This document shows positions 1-12,681 of a DNA stretch of 64,000 bases, one piece after another. The number at the start of each line of letters is the position of its first letter. The stretch's first letter is position 1. The notes beneath the pieces were generated by a model. That model ran no database searches and was not told the origin of the DNA. It was given only the letters and a program-made list of their open reading frames with translations. Source of the DNA: Lingula anatina (taxonomy: Eukaryota > Animalia > Brachiopoda); NCBI GenBank assembly GCA_051362555.1, contig CM120645.1, positions 16,864,001 through 16,928,000 of the forward strand. The letters run 5' to 3'. The translations under genes were made by a program, and so were the position numbers.

Positions 1-923
1 GTTTAATATATGTTGCTCTATAATATATACAGAACAGATTTAACATAGGTGTTCTTAAAAAAAGGTAAAGTGAAGCTTACTCTCACCCCAACCTGCCCCA
101 CCCCCGTGCTGCTACGCCAGTGATTGTGTTAAACTAATTCTAAATGGTCACCTGATCTAGACTATACCGAGCACTGTAAGCTTTGCTTTCCAGTTTTCGG
201 AGGTGGGGCATGGGTTCGTTATTCTAATACTATTACACATGTAGGTTGGGGCGTGGTTAAATCGGTGTTGCAAGCTGTTCAGGTGAGGATGACCCAAAGT
301 ATTTTTAATTCGAGAGCATAATATCACAACATAACAATGTTTATTTCTGCATTGTCTAAGCGGGTAGTGATGAATCCTAATGTATCGATCTCCACCAAGC
401 ATCTGGTTCGAAAAGTGCTTACGAAATTTCTCAATCCTTCGTCATCCTTCCATTCAATCACATTATTTACATGTAGTATATGTAGTTAAAAACATATCTA
501 CGCCTTTGAATGTATAACGTTTCATTACAGAAAAGAGCAAAAGCATTACAAATATAGTACTCTCCTACAACCCCCCCCCCCCATTAAGAAACCACTTAAA
601 TGTTCCTTTTTTAATATTTTATACTGTCATTAAATATACAAGCAGATACCCTTGTTCCGTCTTGAAACTGCATATTTTTAATAACCATATTTCATTACAT
701 GTATAATTTGTTGAACCACATAAATATAAATAATTGCTAACAGTATTTTAATCGTCTGCGTTCTTTTGGTTACGCCAATTTTTCTAATCATCCAAACTAA
801 GCCAGTTTTCACATAAGCAATACGTCAACTTATGCATCTTATGCATTCTCATTCTGCTGCAAAGAGAGGTACCTCAGGCATAGAAATAAAAGTGACTTTT
901 CACCACAAATTTAATTAAGTCGT

Positions 924-3900
924 TTAAACTGGATTCACTATTCTGTCGTAAGTGATGATATATTCAGGATAGCACATTGTTGTCTCGTAAATAATAAACT
1001 CTCTGTACAACATATTGGAAACGTCTGCTATCACGGAGTCAAAATGACTGGTGTGGGTACATACGACTTGCATGCAGCCTTTAACAGTACAAGGAGGCCG
1101 TGGAAATTGTTTCTTTTCACGTGTGAGATATGGTCGACCCATGCAGGCACGAACAAGGAACATTTTTAACTCTTTCATCCCACGGTTCGTTTTTTCTGAA
1201 AAAGACAGAGATGGTGTCGCAAATAGTGAGGCCTTTACATATTTATTCACAACACAACTCTCTATTTAGCATTCCCTCTCCATATAATTTATGTAACATT
1301 TTTCTTCAGTGCCAGCATCAATGTCAATCATTTGTGAAAACGTATATACATCAAGATAAATTTCCCATCAGCAAGATCGTTAGTAAATAAAGGCAAGTCC
1401 TTTTCAAATGATTCAGTCATTGCATACATAAGTCATATACATGATGCTACTTTAGTATCTGAAGAAGGCGTTCTTTTTAACGATATGATATCGCCTATTT
1501 TGTCTTTATATTTTAATCTTTTAAAGATGTAGAAAATGACGGTCTTACTTCGTTCTGCTTCTTCTATCATGTCTAGCTCTGCCTTCGAGAAATTTTCTGC
1601 AAGGTAAATACCCCGTCCTTCGTTTGTGATCCTAAAATCAAATCCAGTGGCACATATTGTTTCAGCAACATTTGTGTTTGTCCCGTGAAAAAAATAGTAT
1701 TCATTCAGCTCATTTCTTAGGCCCTCATTTAAGATTCTGGAAAGCTTGTACGTATAGGCGTTCATCCATGGCGCTTTCTCAAAAGGATGCTGTGAACATT
1801 TCCTGGATATGTCTTGTAATTTGCAAAAATATTGGCTCCATAGTCGGGGATTTTCGACCCGCTCCACCTTCGTTATCTTAAAATCAGTGTTGTCTCTTGC
1901 ATGGATAAGCATTTTTACTTTAGACCACGACTTTGTCATCATACGATTGATCTCGTCCTGTATTTCACCGCTGCTAACATCGACTATCACGACCTTACCT
2001 TCTTGGCCTAAAAGATGAAACAGAAATTTTGTTTTATTCAAATCGGGACTACGTGATTCAATTTTTTTCGTTTCTAAAGAAGGTAAATTTCATTTATTTC
2101 AATTAATTCAAACCCAGTGAAATATTAACGGCAAAGCAATTTTGTTGATATAAAAAAGGACATGGGATATCAAAGCTTTATCAGTGCGAAACTGAGATTT
2201 ACATAATGAGGGAATGTCTAGAACTGGAAAGAATACAGTAGCTTTTGATGGTATTGCGGTCGTTTCTTTACCTGCCCATGTCTTAAAATCATTCTGAAAA
2301 TTAACCCAATAACTTGGTGCCAGTATTTCCATCTCCACCACTTCATTTGCTTCGTCTTGCTGTTTCTTTCTTTGAGCCAACATCTTTTGTCGTTTTCTGG
2401 CCATACGGAAGATTCTATAGACATCATAGATTAGACCTATAAGGCACGAGAACAGCAAGGGTAACATGGCATACACCTTGATATACAACGAACTGACGTC
2501 ACCCGGGTTGTCAAGGAAGTAAACCAGTATCACTGACGACCAACCAAAACACCAGGCATCTGAGAATTCGGGAATAACTTTCAACAGCCTTCCTGGAATA
2601 TAGAATCCATGGATGAATGGAACATGCAATGTTAAAGTCCAATCTTTTTACATTCATTTAAAGTTCATTACACACTCCAGGAAATGCTCTATATAGAAAG
2701 AAAAAAAACAGGTTTTAATCTAAATTTCAAACAATAACGGTTGTCCATGATTGTAGAAACAATTCATTTCACATTTCAAAGTTATCCAAGTACATCGTGT
2801 AGTATTTCGACAACTTACCATTGCTGGCGACATACAGAAACAGCAACGTCACATAAAGAAAAAAGGCACCAAAAACAAAAGCGAAGCCAACAGCCCATGG
2901 AAGGTCCATGTTTATACCCTGCACTATGATTGTATAGATGGCAGCACTTATCTGGTGGACAATACTGTTGTCGTATGTGGAACTTGATATCATCAAAACC
3001 GCTCCAACAAGCCACAATAAACTAAAGATGACGTATAGCAAACAGCAAATCAACAAAAACTTTCTGTCTTTACACGGTTCTGACTCACTGCACTTGCAAC
3101 ATGCACAGCAACATGTGAAAATCATGACCGGTGCAACAATCAGAATAAGGATTGTATGCAGTGTGAATAGAATAGTAAAACCAAACTCTGAATAGCCCCA
3201 ACTGTCCCATATTCCGTCCAGCCAGAGTGTGCCAAGAATCTTTGCCGCTGATCCAGCGGGAAATCCAGCAAGTAGTGTATACGAAAGATGCACGCGTTTA
3301 ACATCTTGAAACACAGCATCTTTGTCCTTGCTTTCCATCTTTTTCATATACAACACACATACGTGAATTGCTTGTGATACGTCATACAGGAGTAGCGGAA
3401 TTAATGCATATCTTGCAGGAATCGCCAGCAATAGCCCGGTACATAATGCACAAACGCCTGCCCATTTGAAAACATCCACCAATAGAGGTCGCTCTATCTC
3501 CACGAGTATCTTTACAGACCACACGCACAAGTCTTCATCTTCTTCTATTTCCACTGATGTTTTGATGGCCATGGTTTTCTCCCGTGTCAAACCAGCATAT
3601 ACTTTACTGTGTAATAAAAAAATTGTCATTTACATCCATTTTCAAATATTCACAATAAAAATTAGAGTATGGCATTTGTTATAGTGCCGAATGTAATTCA
3701 CAATGTTCTATACGTAACAATATTTAAAAAAAAGAAAAAAAAACTAAATAGATTAAAGAAAAAAATGTGACTAGGATATATTTTGAATTGATTATCATAA
3801 AGGAAAAAACAATGTCAGACTTCTTTAATTTTAGAGAAAGTAGTTACGACAACTTACTTTTTTCCTTTTCTGTAGATGCAAGTTTGGAGGCAGACACAGG

Positions 3901-5096
3901 CAATTAGAACGAGCATTAGAGAAGATGCCGATACTGTAAAAGTAAAATATGGATGGGGATGAATCTGTCTTTCTATTTCACAAAGTCTTCAGATCTGCTT
4001 GCGAAGATACGTTTTTAATGTAAAATGGGAAAATGTTTGAGTAAATTTAAAGCAAGGTGGCAAATGAAAATTCACGTATAAGCTTAAACTAAAAGCAAGT
4101 ATAATTCTTTATATGATGTATTTCATGCTTATAAAATCGTTTATATGTCAACTTATGAATAACCTCTTATCCACTGCCAGACAGTTAACCGGTAGCAAGG
4201 TAACCAATGGCAATGAAAAATATTATTGACTCAACACCTATATACATTGTTACGTAGGCTAATCCCACAAATCAATATACCAGTATTTAAATCGTTGCCT
4301 ATCAAAGGTGAAAGCAGGTCAGGCTAAGTGCGATATTTCGCATTTTATACGTTTAAGAAGACATTGTTTTGAATAATGAAATGTATTGGTTTGCATTGAT
4401 AGAGTGGTGCTGGTTTTGTTTTATGAAGTGCTGCGGTTATTAAAAAGATATCAAGTCGTTTGTCTCTGTAAAACACGGTCATTTTGCAAAAAAAAAGTTC
4501 AGTAGTATTGAGCAGTGCACACACAAATACGGGTTTTAAGACAGATACTCCAATTTTTTATCGAACCTTAGAGAAAAAAGGACTGGATGAATATATTGCA
4601 TTTCTCAAGGCCCGTGGAATGAGGACATTTTTGGCCTTGTAATGGCAAAAATGCCCTCATCGTCGATCGCGGCATCACTAGAAACTAGAATGTTGAGTCC
4701 AAAAACGGCTACATGCCGCGTTTTATTAAAAAAATAAGTAGAAAACTCACCATTTCACAGCGTAACTAATAACCGATCAAAAATAATAACGTGCAGTTAA
4801 CAATTGACGAAAATCTCGTCTCTGATGTTAATAGTTAACTTGTACCGAAAAAAAAAAGGTTTCACAATTTTAGTTTAAAAAGCTAACTTACCTGACCAGT
4901 ATATAGTTGAATATGTTTCCAAAGAGTACTTGGAATAATTCATGGTTGGGACAAGTGAATGGATGTCCCCGAGACCGGTTGTTGTGAAATAAATGTCAGT
5001 GGTACCTTTACTACTCGACCATGTTGACAACGTCGTAATGTTGCCTACTAGGGTCCCGTTGTTCCCGTTTGTCTCGTTTGTTGTTGAATTCGCCAT
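924..5096 (-). CDS. Multi-pass transmembrane protein with C-terminal PARP (ADP-ribosyltransferase) catalytic domain, ~706 aa, 6 exons (4892-5096, 3858-3933, 2819-3606, 2272-2592, 1549-2007, 924-1195)
   Basis: All junctions are GT-AG and phase-compatible (2121 nt total). PARP motifs: KVERVENPRLWSQY, NEYYFFHGT, GFDFR, GRGIYLAENFSKA, MFLVRACMG, FDSV, YREFIIYE..CYPEYIITY. Upstream: Asn/Thr-rich N-terminus with N-x-S/T sites and about 8-10 hydrophobic segments. Confidence 0.8.
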
Positions 5097-6499
5097 GATG
5101 CAGTGTCGGTATATCAGAACGCAGGGACCTGGTCACATAGGGTCTTAGATATCGGAGAGGTGGCTGCGCATCCTCCGCCTTACAGGGCTTACTAGCGTCC
5201 TGTTACCAAGGTGACGCCCTTCTGCAGCTGCGTTAGGACTGGATACCATATCTCAGATATCTGTGCTGCCAAACATTCATAGCGTCACGACTGCAGCTAT
5301 CGGGAATGATCACAGCGTGATGACAATTTCACTTAGGTAAAGTCAACCTGTTTTTCCATCTAGTCCCCTTTACTGACCTGATCTACTACAATGTCTCATT
5401 GTTACTTCGTTGTTTAATCACGCTTTCGGATTGGTTAAATCCACCGTGATTTTAAACTAAAGTAAATTAACTCTGATCCCAGTGCGTTTTAAGCTTCTTA
5501 CTGGCCATATTCCATCCGGATTATTTTTCTGATATGCCTTCTTTTTTTCAGTCATTTGAAATACATCGATCTGTATAGGCATAGTTGTTGTTTATTTACC
5601 TAACTGCATAAACATGGCTACCAACGCTTTCCTGGACTTTCAAAGAATATGACATTTAATCACCGAAATTGTTAAGGTAAAAGAGGGCGCGAACGCTAAA
5701 ACTTTCGACAAAACTGGTATTGGAAGTAATTTATAACAGTTACATGTACAACAAAATGTTTGCATTGCAAAACATGTGACAAGAAAATCAAATGCTTAAA
5801 ATGATAGAGTATTTCAAAAGCAAATTACATCTGTGATTTAAAGAAGTTGCAACCAAGACAAAATTCATCATTCAACCAGCATACGCCTTATAAGTGTTTT
5901 AAACGATTTACTGCATAATTTTTAATATTTTCTCCAGTTGGGTTCTGTTCTGGTGATCAATCGTATATTTGGTATAATAATTCGCAAAAGCTTTGTCCAA
6001 ATAAACATCGATTGAACCAGAATGCCAGAGTAACCCAAAGTTCATGATATTCAATAAAGAAGTCAATATTTGATCCTTAAAGACCAAGCATAAATTACAA
6101 AATTAAAGATAATAACTATAAGAAAAAATAGATAAAAACAAATAAATAAAAGAGATTAGATTTTGAAGATAAACCGTGACATAATACAATTCAACTGATA
6201 TGCAATAAATATATAACATTACTATTATCCCATATAGCGCAGATTTCCATCACCAGTGCGGACTACAAATCTGTGAAATCTGTGTAAAGACACCATTTTA
6301 CTTATTTCCACGACAATAGAATAGACACGAATAAGCACGGGGTAGCCTCTCGAAAAAACATGATCTCGTTTTTAAGTGGGCAACACACTTGCCATCAACA
6401 GGTTTGAGGTTATGTGTGTGTATTTGTTATGTCATATGACGGTGCGAAAAAGAGACATAGTATACCCCTAACAAAACCTCTCGTAGTACTGATTTGAAG

Positions 6500-6858
6500 C
6501 GGGATAACGCGCCAGTTCACACTCTGAGCTGCGTGGAAGCTGTGCGTGAATATCGCCATGAACTCTCCCCCCCCCCTGCCTCGCCCTATTCTCCAGAACT
6601 ATCCTCAGCGACTTCCACCTACTCGTATTTCTCAGAATAAAAAAATCCTAAGGGTGGGAGATTTGAGGATAACGATGAGCTGACAACTGTTGTGGGATGA
6701 CTGGCTAGAGGACCAAGATGTTGAGGTCAATCGATCAGGTATCAGTGATTGGCAAACTAGATGAAACAATTGTGTGGAGTTGGAAGGGGACTATTTCGGA
6801 AAAATAAAGCAGTGTGAATCCAAATATTTTGTTCAAAGAGTTTTGAACCCCCCTCCTA
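6500..6858 (+). mobile_element. Decayed mariner (Tc1/mariner) transposase 3' remnant with right-end TIR
   Basis: Frameshifted peptides DNAPVH, PYSP(E)L..SDFHL, GRFEDNDEL, CVELEGDYF. The end 'ttttgaacccccctccta' resembles a mariner terminus. Confidence 0.75.
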
Positions 6859-7015
6859 CACCGTATATTTAAGGGTTGTTGAAATGTTCATTGTTATTTA
6901 TTAATTTACTTTTAATTAATTCTTTCATTCTGTTTTCTTATGAGCATAACCTTCTCTGTTTAGATATGGCATTTTATGCGTTTGTTCGGTCAAGGAATGG
7001 AAATCTGTAAATTTA

Positions 7016-7244
7016 GACCCCATTCCCATAGATTTTAGATCGATCTATCCCTGTGGGGAGTCTCACTAGATAACTGTCAGCTCTGCCGGCTTAAGCGTCT
7101 GTCCCGCCTACTAAAAGCTGTAAGGGGGTAATTAAATATGGTGCGCGCTCGGCTGACTGCAATTTAGCGTGAATCCCCAGGGAGTAAGGTACGTCGATCT
7201 AAATCTAAATCTCTGGATCGATCTAAATCTCTGAGAATGCACCC
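7016..7244. mobile_element. PIF/Harbinger (Tourist-like) MITE, copy 1
   Basis: Imperfect TIRs (cccattcccatagattttagatcgatc / gatcgatctaaatctctgagaatgcaccc), palindromic interior, TTA on both flanks, homologous to 11347-11561. Confidence 0.7.
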
Positions 7245-9139
7245 TTAGTCTGCGCATGCAAGTGATAACCTTGAATTGCATCAGGTACGTTTACATGTGC
7301 TCATCACTTATTAAACGATAACTAGCATTCAATTGTTTATAACTTATCAAGCTCAGGGTTCATGTAGAGAGAGTGTATTTGCATGAGCAACATAATTAGC
7401 GAAACAAGACGTAAATCTATATCCCTTTTCTTATGGTCCTTCTGAGCCGACAGTAAAACCGGGATCAACCATTCAATCTGTATGATTTTTGCGGGTACGG
7501 GTAGTGCTACTGTCGTAAAGAAATCACCTAAAATATTTATCTAAAACTTCATTGGTTTACTTCATTTCATTTCCTCTCTCTGACTCTTTATATATCCTGA
7601 TTTTTCTCTATTTTGCTACACAAGTAGCTGCTTGTTTAGGAATCATTTTTCTTCTTTTTGCTATTATCACACATATAATATACAGGCACATATACACCTT
7701 GCAGCAACATATTAAGTTTTTTTCCCATGTCTGAAGAAGTATAAACATTTATTTGTGCGGTGCTGATAGAACAGTACACGTCTCACTGAAATGCAAGGTT
7801 GCACAAAATATGATAAAGTAATTAACAACTGAGCTGATGCTAATTGACATGTTTTTGTTGGCACTTGTCAATCACCTAGTGAAAAATCAAGAGAGATGGT
7901 GTCAATGAGTGCAAACACCTGGGGCAGTTAACGAGACTGGCGTTAGATATCAAGCTTCATCCAAAAAATATAGGCATGTTGTTAGGAACAGACGATCATT
8001 CAAAGAAGGTAAGATATTTTATTATTTACCACCTCCCAACTCATAACCTCAACTTTGCTTGCCATGACTTTTTCTCACAGACATAGTTGGGCTTTCGTAC
8101 CTTCGGCCTATTATCCAGGCGTTTACTAACACTCCCCGCAGATCTTTTAGCATTTTCGCCCATATTATAAATCTACGGATGGTGTTAGTAAACGCCTAAT
8201 CCGTTTATTAGGCCTGTCTATACACGCAGAATTTAAACCAAAGTGAAACCGGGAGTTAAATAAAAATGAATCAAATTATTAATAACCAACTGGGGGTAAA
8301 CATAACAGACTGTGAGACACACTCGTTTTTACAAGAGCTCTGAGAAGGGTGTTTTCATATTTGCATCCTATTTTAATTTTCTACAAAAGAACTTAACACG
8401 AAAAAGATGCGAATAGTTAGCAGGGGTATACTAAAATAATAATAATAACAATAATAAAAAGTTTTGAGCTCCACATGCGTCCCAGCGGTGTTTACAATAA
8501 TAAAACAAAATACCTAGTGTACAATACATTATTGCTTAAAACAAAATAAACCAACTGAAAGAAAGTGAGTTCATAAATTTTTAACTTTGATCAATTCCGT
8601 GACAAAAATTTGCCTGGACAATATATTACCTAAATGTACAATGACATACTAGAATAATAAAGCCAGACAAAATTTACACCGGATGAATTGGTTAACAGTC
8701 GGCTACTCTCAGTTAGCAGGGTCGGTGAACAGATTATTTTTTGCTTTTTATTTACATGTGATATTTAACTAGCTAGCAGTTGAATTTCAGGGTAGATCTT
8801 TTTTTTTTCAATTAAGAGGTAGGAATTTCCATTTTCACAGAGTGGGCAATAAAAACAAAATCATTAAGAATTTCTGCGTTCAGTTGAAAATCTTTTCACT
8901 AACCAAACCAATACCAAATAAGTTTTTCCATTTGTTAAAAAAACCTGATGTCCCTAAGAAAAGGATCGGTCCCACTTGTTAACCATTTTATCAATTTTGT
9001 ATGGCCTAATTGGACTTTAATCAACTTTTATGCTTTTAAGTCAAAGACTTCTGCATCTTCAGTAGTTTCCTTTGATTCACATCGTCACTGACAACAGAGT
9101 GATTGCATAAGAAGTCAGACCGGCTCTCACTGAATAATG

Positions 9140-11056
9140 TCACAGTGAGATCTGAAATGTCTTAATAAATCCACTCTCCTCTGCAACAACTAACTGTTCT
9201 TGTGTGTCAAAGGCGACAGCTTGTGGATTCTTCAGTCCATCCTCCCGGGTGACGACATTCTTCAAGAAACGGCCATATTTGCTTATCATTACCACTCTGT
9301 GATTCCAGTAATCTGCAATGAATATACGCCCCGAGCTATCTGAACACACTCCCTTGGGCTGCCACAGCTCCCCGTCACCGCACCCGGGGCTCCCATAGTG
9401 GGCTATTACCTCTCCGCTAAGGGTCATCACGAACACACAGTCACCCCCATAGTCGGAGACGATGATGGAGCCGTTGGACAAGTTCACTGCGATACAACAT
9501 GGTATATTACACATGTCCAATGCAATGGAGGACAGATGTTTTCCACTGGTGGGTTCAAGTATAACCAAGCGTTTCTTAACCGAGTCACATATTACCAGCT
9601 GGTTTTGAGAGATCATGGTGACGCCGAAGGGTTCCTTCATTAACCCTTTACCTAAGGTCATTGACTGTCGACCTTGAGCGTCGAACACCCTAACCAGCTG
9701 ATCGTCGAAGATGCTGACACATATGTCTCCGTTTGGGAGCACCTCGACTCCTCCCGGCTCGTTTGCCGCCAAAACGGTCTGTATTTGTCCTGAATGCGTC
9801 AGGATCTTTACTCTGTTGTTGGACATATCCGCAAGGTAGATGTACGAATCATCCACAATCATGTCAGATACTGAGCACCTGTCTTTGTCATCCACGAGTT
9901 TTGCATTGAACGTTTGCTTCAGAAGAGGTCGCTCCTCCAGGCTTGATTGAGAGGTGCTACCAGTGCTTGAAGATCTGCTGAGCGGCACAGTGTAACCTGC
10001 TGCGATTTCTTCTGGGGTTATTACCCGTGAAAACAGTCGCCGTTCTCGCCCGGACTGCCGAGCTTCTCCAGAGTCTGTACTTAGTGATACTTGAATGTTC
10101 CCCAGCATGTCATCAAGAGATCTGTCAATCGGTTTATATGTTATCACGCGAGAGAAATCTAACATTGAAATGTTGAGTGGAATGTCGGTTTGAAGAGACT
10201 CGCTAAGATTGGATAGCCTCTCTAGCAGAGCCTTACTTTGGGACATAACAACAGCGTCCGTCCCGCTCTGAATCAGTTGCTCAGCAAACTCGCAAGCACT
10301 GTGAATGGTGACTTGTCTCATTTCAAGTTCGTCTTTGAAAGCTTCCAGTTGTTTGGTTTCGTCATCTTCAACCGAAGCCACTTCCGCGTTAAGTCTCCGA
10401 CTATGGTCCTCAGCAGCTTCGACTATTTTTCTCAAATCTTGTTTTATATCTGATACCACAGCCTCTCGCTGACGTTTTCTCTGCTCCGCAATCCGGGTTG
10501 CATTTTCCTCTTCTTGTTTTAAACGTTGCAGCTCTTGCAACGGTTTTTCAATCGCTGATTTTAGACGCTCCTTTTCATTCTCCGCGACGTCTTCCACTCG
10601 CACGCACTTGTGACCCTGATGATAGTCTATAATGCAGTCTCCGCAGACAGTTGTCTCATCCAAGGAGCAATAGTACAGTAGTTCGCGTCCAGAGTGGTTT
10701 TGACACTGTATAGTCAACTTAGATATGGCTTGCTTGACTTCGTCAATGGTCGCCTGTTCTTCGTCTTTATTTTTCTGTTGTTCTTCTAAGATTTCTATGG
10801 CTTTGATAAAGGCAAAGTTTTTCTTCAAAGTCCGTAGGCCACCCGACGGTACGGCGTTGGGTTCTCTGCACAGTGGACAGAGAAACTGAAAACCATCTTG
10901 TTCATTTTTATGCTGAGTTCTATTCCCGTGGTCTGTTATACACTTCAGACAGAAGGTATGATTGCACGTCAGCACTCGAGGGTCCTCATATTCTTCTAAA
11001 CAGATGCTGCAAGTTAGTAGATTATCGACAAAAGCAGTAGCTAGCGCTTTCGCCAT
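9140..11056 (-). CDS. Intronless TRIM-NHL E3 ligase (RING, B-box, coiled coil, NHL repeats; TRIM2/3/71-like, no filamin domain)
   Basis: 643-aa ORF 9140-11071; start probably MAKALA at 11056 by alignment with the paralog. RING CSIC..CNHTFCLKC..CPLC; B-box CQNH..YYC..VCGDC..HQGH; NHL repeats such as GDGELWQPKGVCSDSSGRIFIADYWNHRV. Confidence 0.92.
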   Translation of the reverse strand: MAKALATAFVDNLLTCSICLEEYEDPRVLTCNHTFCLKCITDHGNRTQHKNEQDGFQFLCPLCREPNAVPSGGLRTLKKNFAFIKAIEILEEQQKNKDEEQATIDEVKQAISKLTIQCQNHSGRELLYYCSLDETTVCGDCIIDYHQGHKCVRVEDVAENEKERLKSAIEKPLQELQRLKQEEENATRIAEQRKRQREAVVSDIKQDLRKIVEAAEDHSRRLNAEVASVEDDETKQLEAFKDELEMRQVTIHSACEFAEQLIQSGTDAVVMSQSKALLERLSNLSESLQTDIPLNISMLDFSRVITYKPIDRSLDDMLGNIQVSLSTDSGEARQSGRERRLFSRVITPEEIAAGYTVPLSRSSSTGSTSQSSLEERPLLKQTFNAKLVDDKDRCSVSDMIVDDSYIYLADMSNNRVKILTHSGQIQTVLAANEPGGVEVLPNGDICVSIFDDQLVRVFDAQGRQSMTLGKGLMKEPFGVTMISQNQLVICDSVKKRLVILEPTSGKHLSSIALDMCNIPCCIAVNLSNGSIIVSDYGGDCVFVMTLSGEVIAHYGSPGCGDGELWQPKGVCSDSSGRIFIADYWNHRVVMISKYGRFLKNVVTREDGLKNPQAVAFDTQEQLVVAEESGFIKTFQISL

Positions 11057-11346
11057 CTTTAATATTTTCATAAATAGGCAGCTCTATTGTGTTCCTGCCC
11101 AAAATAAGCTAGCTGTAGCTTAAGTAAACACCATGCGTGTGTGCTCGCTTTTGCATTTTTGTTCTTTCACTAAGGGGGTCGGTAACTTGTTTCAAAAAGC
11201 CTTCCTTAGCTGATGACTTGGGTCTTATGGGTTGGTTCACGAAAGTTCTCTTTCAAGTGTGTGACATTTTCAGTTTTTACACCTTAGAAAAGTGAGACAG
11301 GTCAACTTGACATTAGCTGGTGCCAGTTGCTCGCTTCTGCATTTAA

Positions 11347-11561
11347 GGCTCTGTTCTCACAACTTTTAGATCGATCTATCACCGCGGGGAGTCTCACTAG
11401 ATTACTGTCAGATAATCCGCCTTAAGTGTCCGTCCCCGCCTACTACAAGCTTTAAGGGGTAATTAACTTTCGTGTCCGCCCGGCTGACAGCTATTTAGCG
11501 TGAACCCCCAGGGAGTTAGGTCGATCTAAAGTAGGTCGATCTAATCTATGAGAATGGGGTG
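11347..11561. mobile_element. PIF/Harbinger (Tourist-like) MITE, copy 2
   Basis: Same internal sequence as 7016-7244 (ggggagtctcactaga...ccgcctacta..aagct..tttagcgtgaa.ccccagggagt). TAA on both flanks. Confidence 0.7.
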
Positions 11562-12681
11562 TAAGTCTGGCGCAGAAAAAGATCAACTGAATGCTTTTTT
11601 ATATGTACAGAAAGACGGTCCGTTTTAAACCTGTTGTGTGTTTCTCTATTCACAAAAAAATTGTGCAAATACAACAGGGAATCTGAACGAATAAACAGGA
11701 TTATCACCGATAACAATTATAAACGACCATAGTAAAGGAACACATTGTGAAAGAAAAGGCCCAAACATAGTTTGGAATAAAATTGTAGGCCTATGTAAAT
11801 TTACAATCCGTCCTATGAAAAGAATAACTTTTCTGCAATAAAACTGAAAACATCTTAAGAAAAGGCCTTATAAATATGATTTTATGTTATATCTATTGGA
11901 GTGATTTACGGTGAAGACGCTGGTTAGACAATTTTTATTTAAATGATGGGGATAATTAAATGTACGCAGCAATTATGCTTCAATAAAAATGCTGGTTGTT
12001 AAAATTTGGCATGGTTAAAAAAATATTTAGAGAGAATGGGTATTTCATAAGTGATTTATTTTATCAGTCTAAAAACAGAAATTAATTAAGTAATAAATTA
12101 ATTAATTGATTCACCGCAACCTATTATATTGTATGCATGTTACGTTCTTTACACATTGGAGTAACAAGATTATGCTTAATTTTTCAAACTTTCCCAAGAA
12201 CTTTAAATATCTCGACACGCGTTCAAATAGCCTATCATCCTTGCTTTGGAAGTCTCTTGGATTATTCAAATAGCCAAAACAGTAACGCTTGAAACTCAAG
12301 GTAACATCTAGTGAATGCAAATAATGAGAATGGTCATTCACTTTTTCACACTAAACATGCACACTGAAATCGATATTTAGGCCTTTTAAAAATGTCGTTA
12401 GCTCCAATAATTTGACAAAAATTCTCCGTCACTTTTTCCACAGAAATATTAAATTTCACATCAAATATATGCACACAAATAATACTTTTAAATATAATTT
12501 GTCACTTTTAGAACAACTGTTGTTGTTGTTGTTGTTTTTTCAACGGAATAATAAAACACATTAAGATGTTTATCGACACTTCCGTTACCCTCATGAGTCA
12601 TGATTCATTTTACATGAAAATGTGCTTTTCTTGATGCAACGCCATCTAGCGAACGTTATTCGGTATCCAAGAGAAACTAAC

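Noticed and set aside
9398-10453. Short + strand ORFs antisense to TRIM (similarly 34160-34728, 39583-39813, 61936-62232)
   Set aside because: Shadow ORFs opposite real coding exons, with no motifs.
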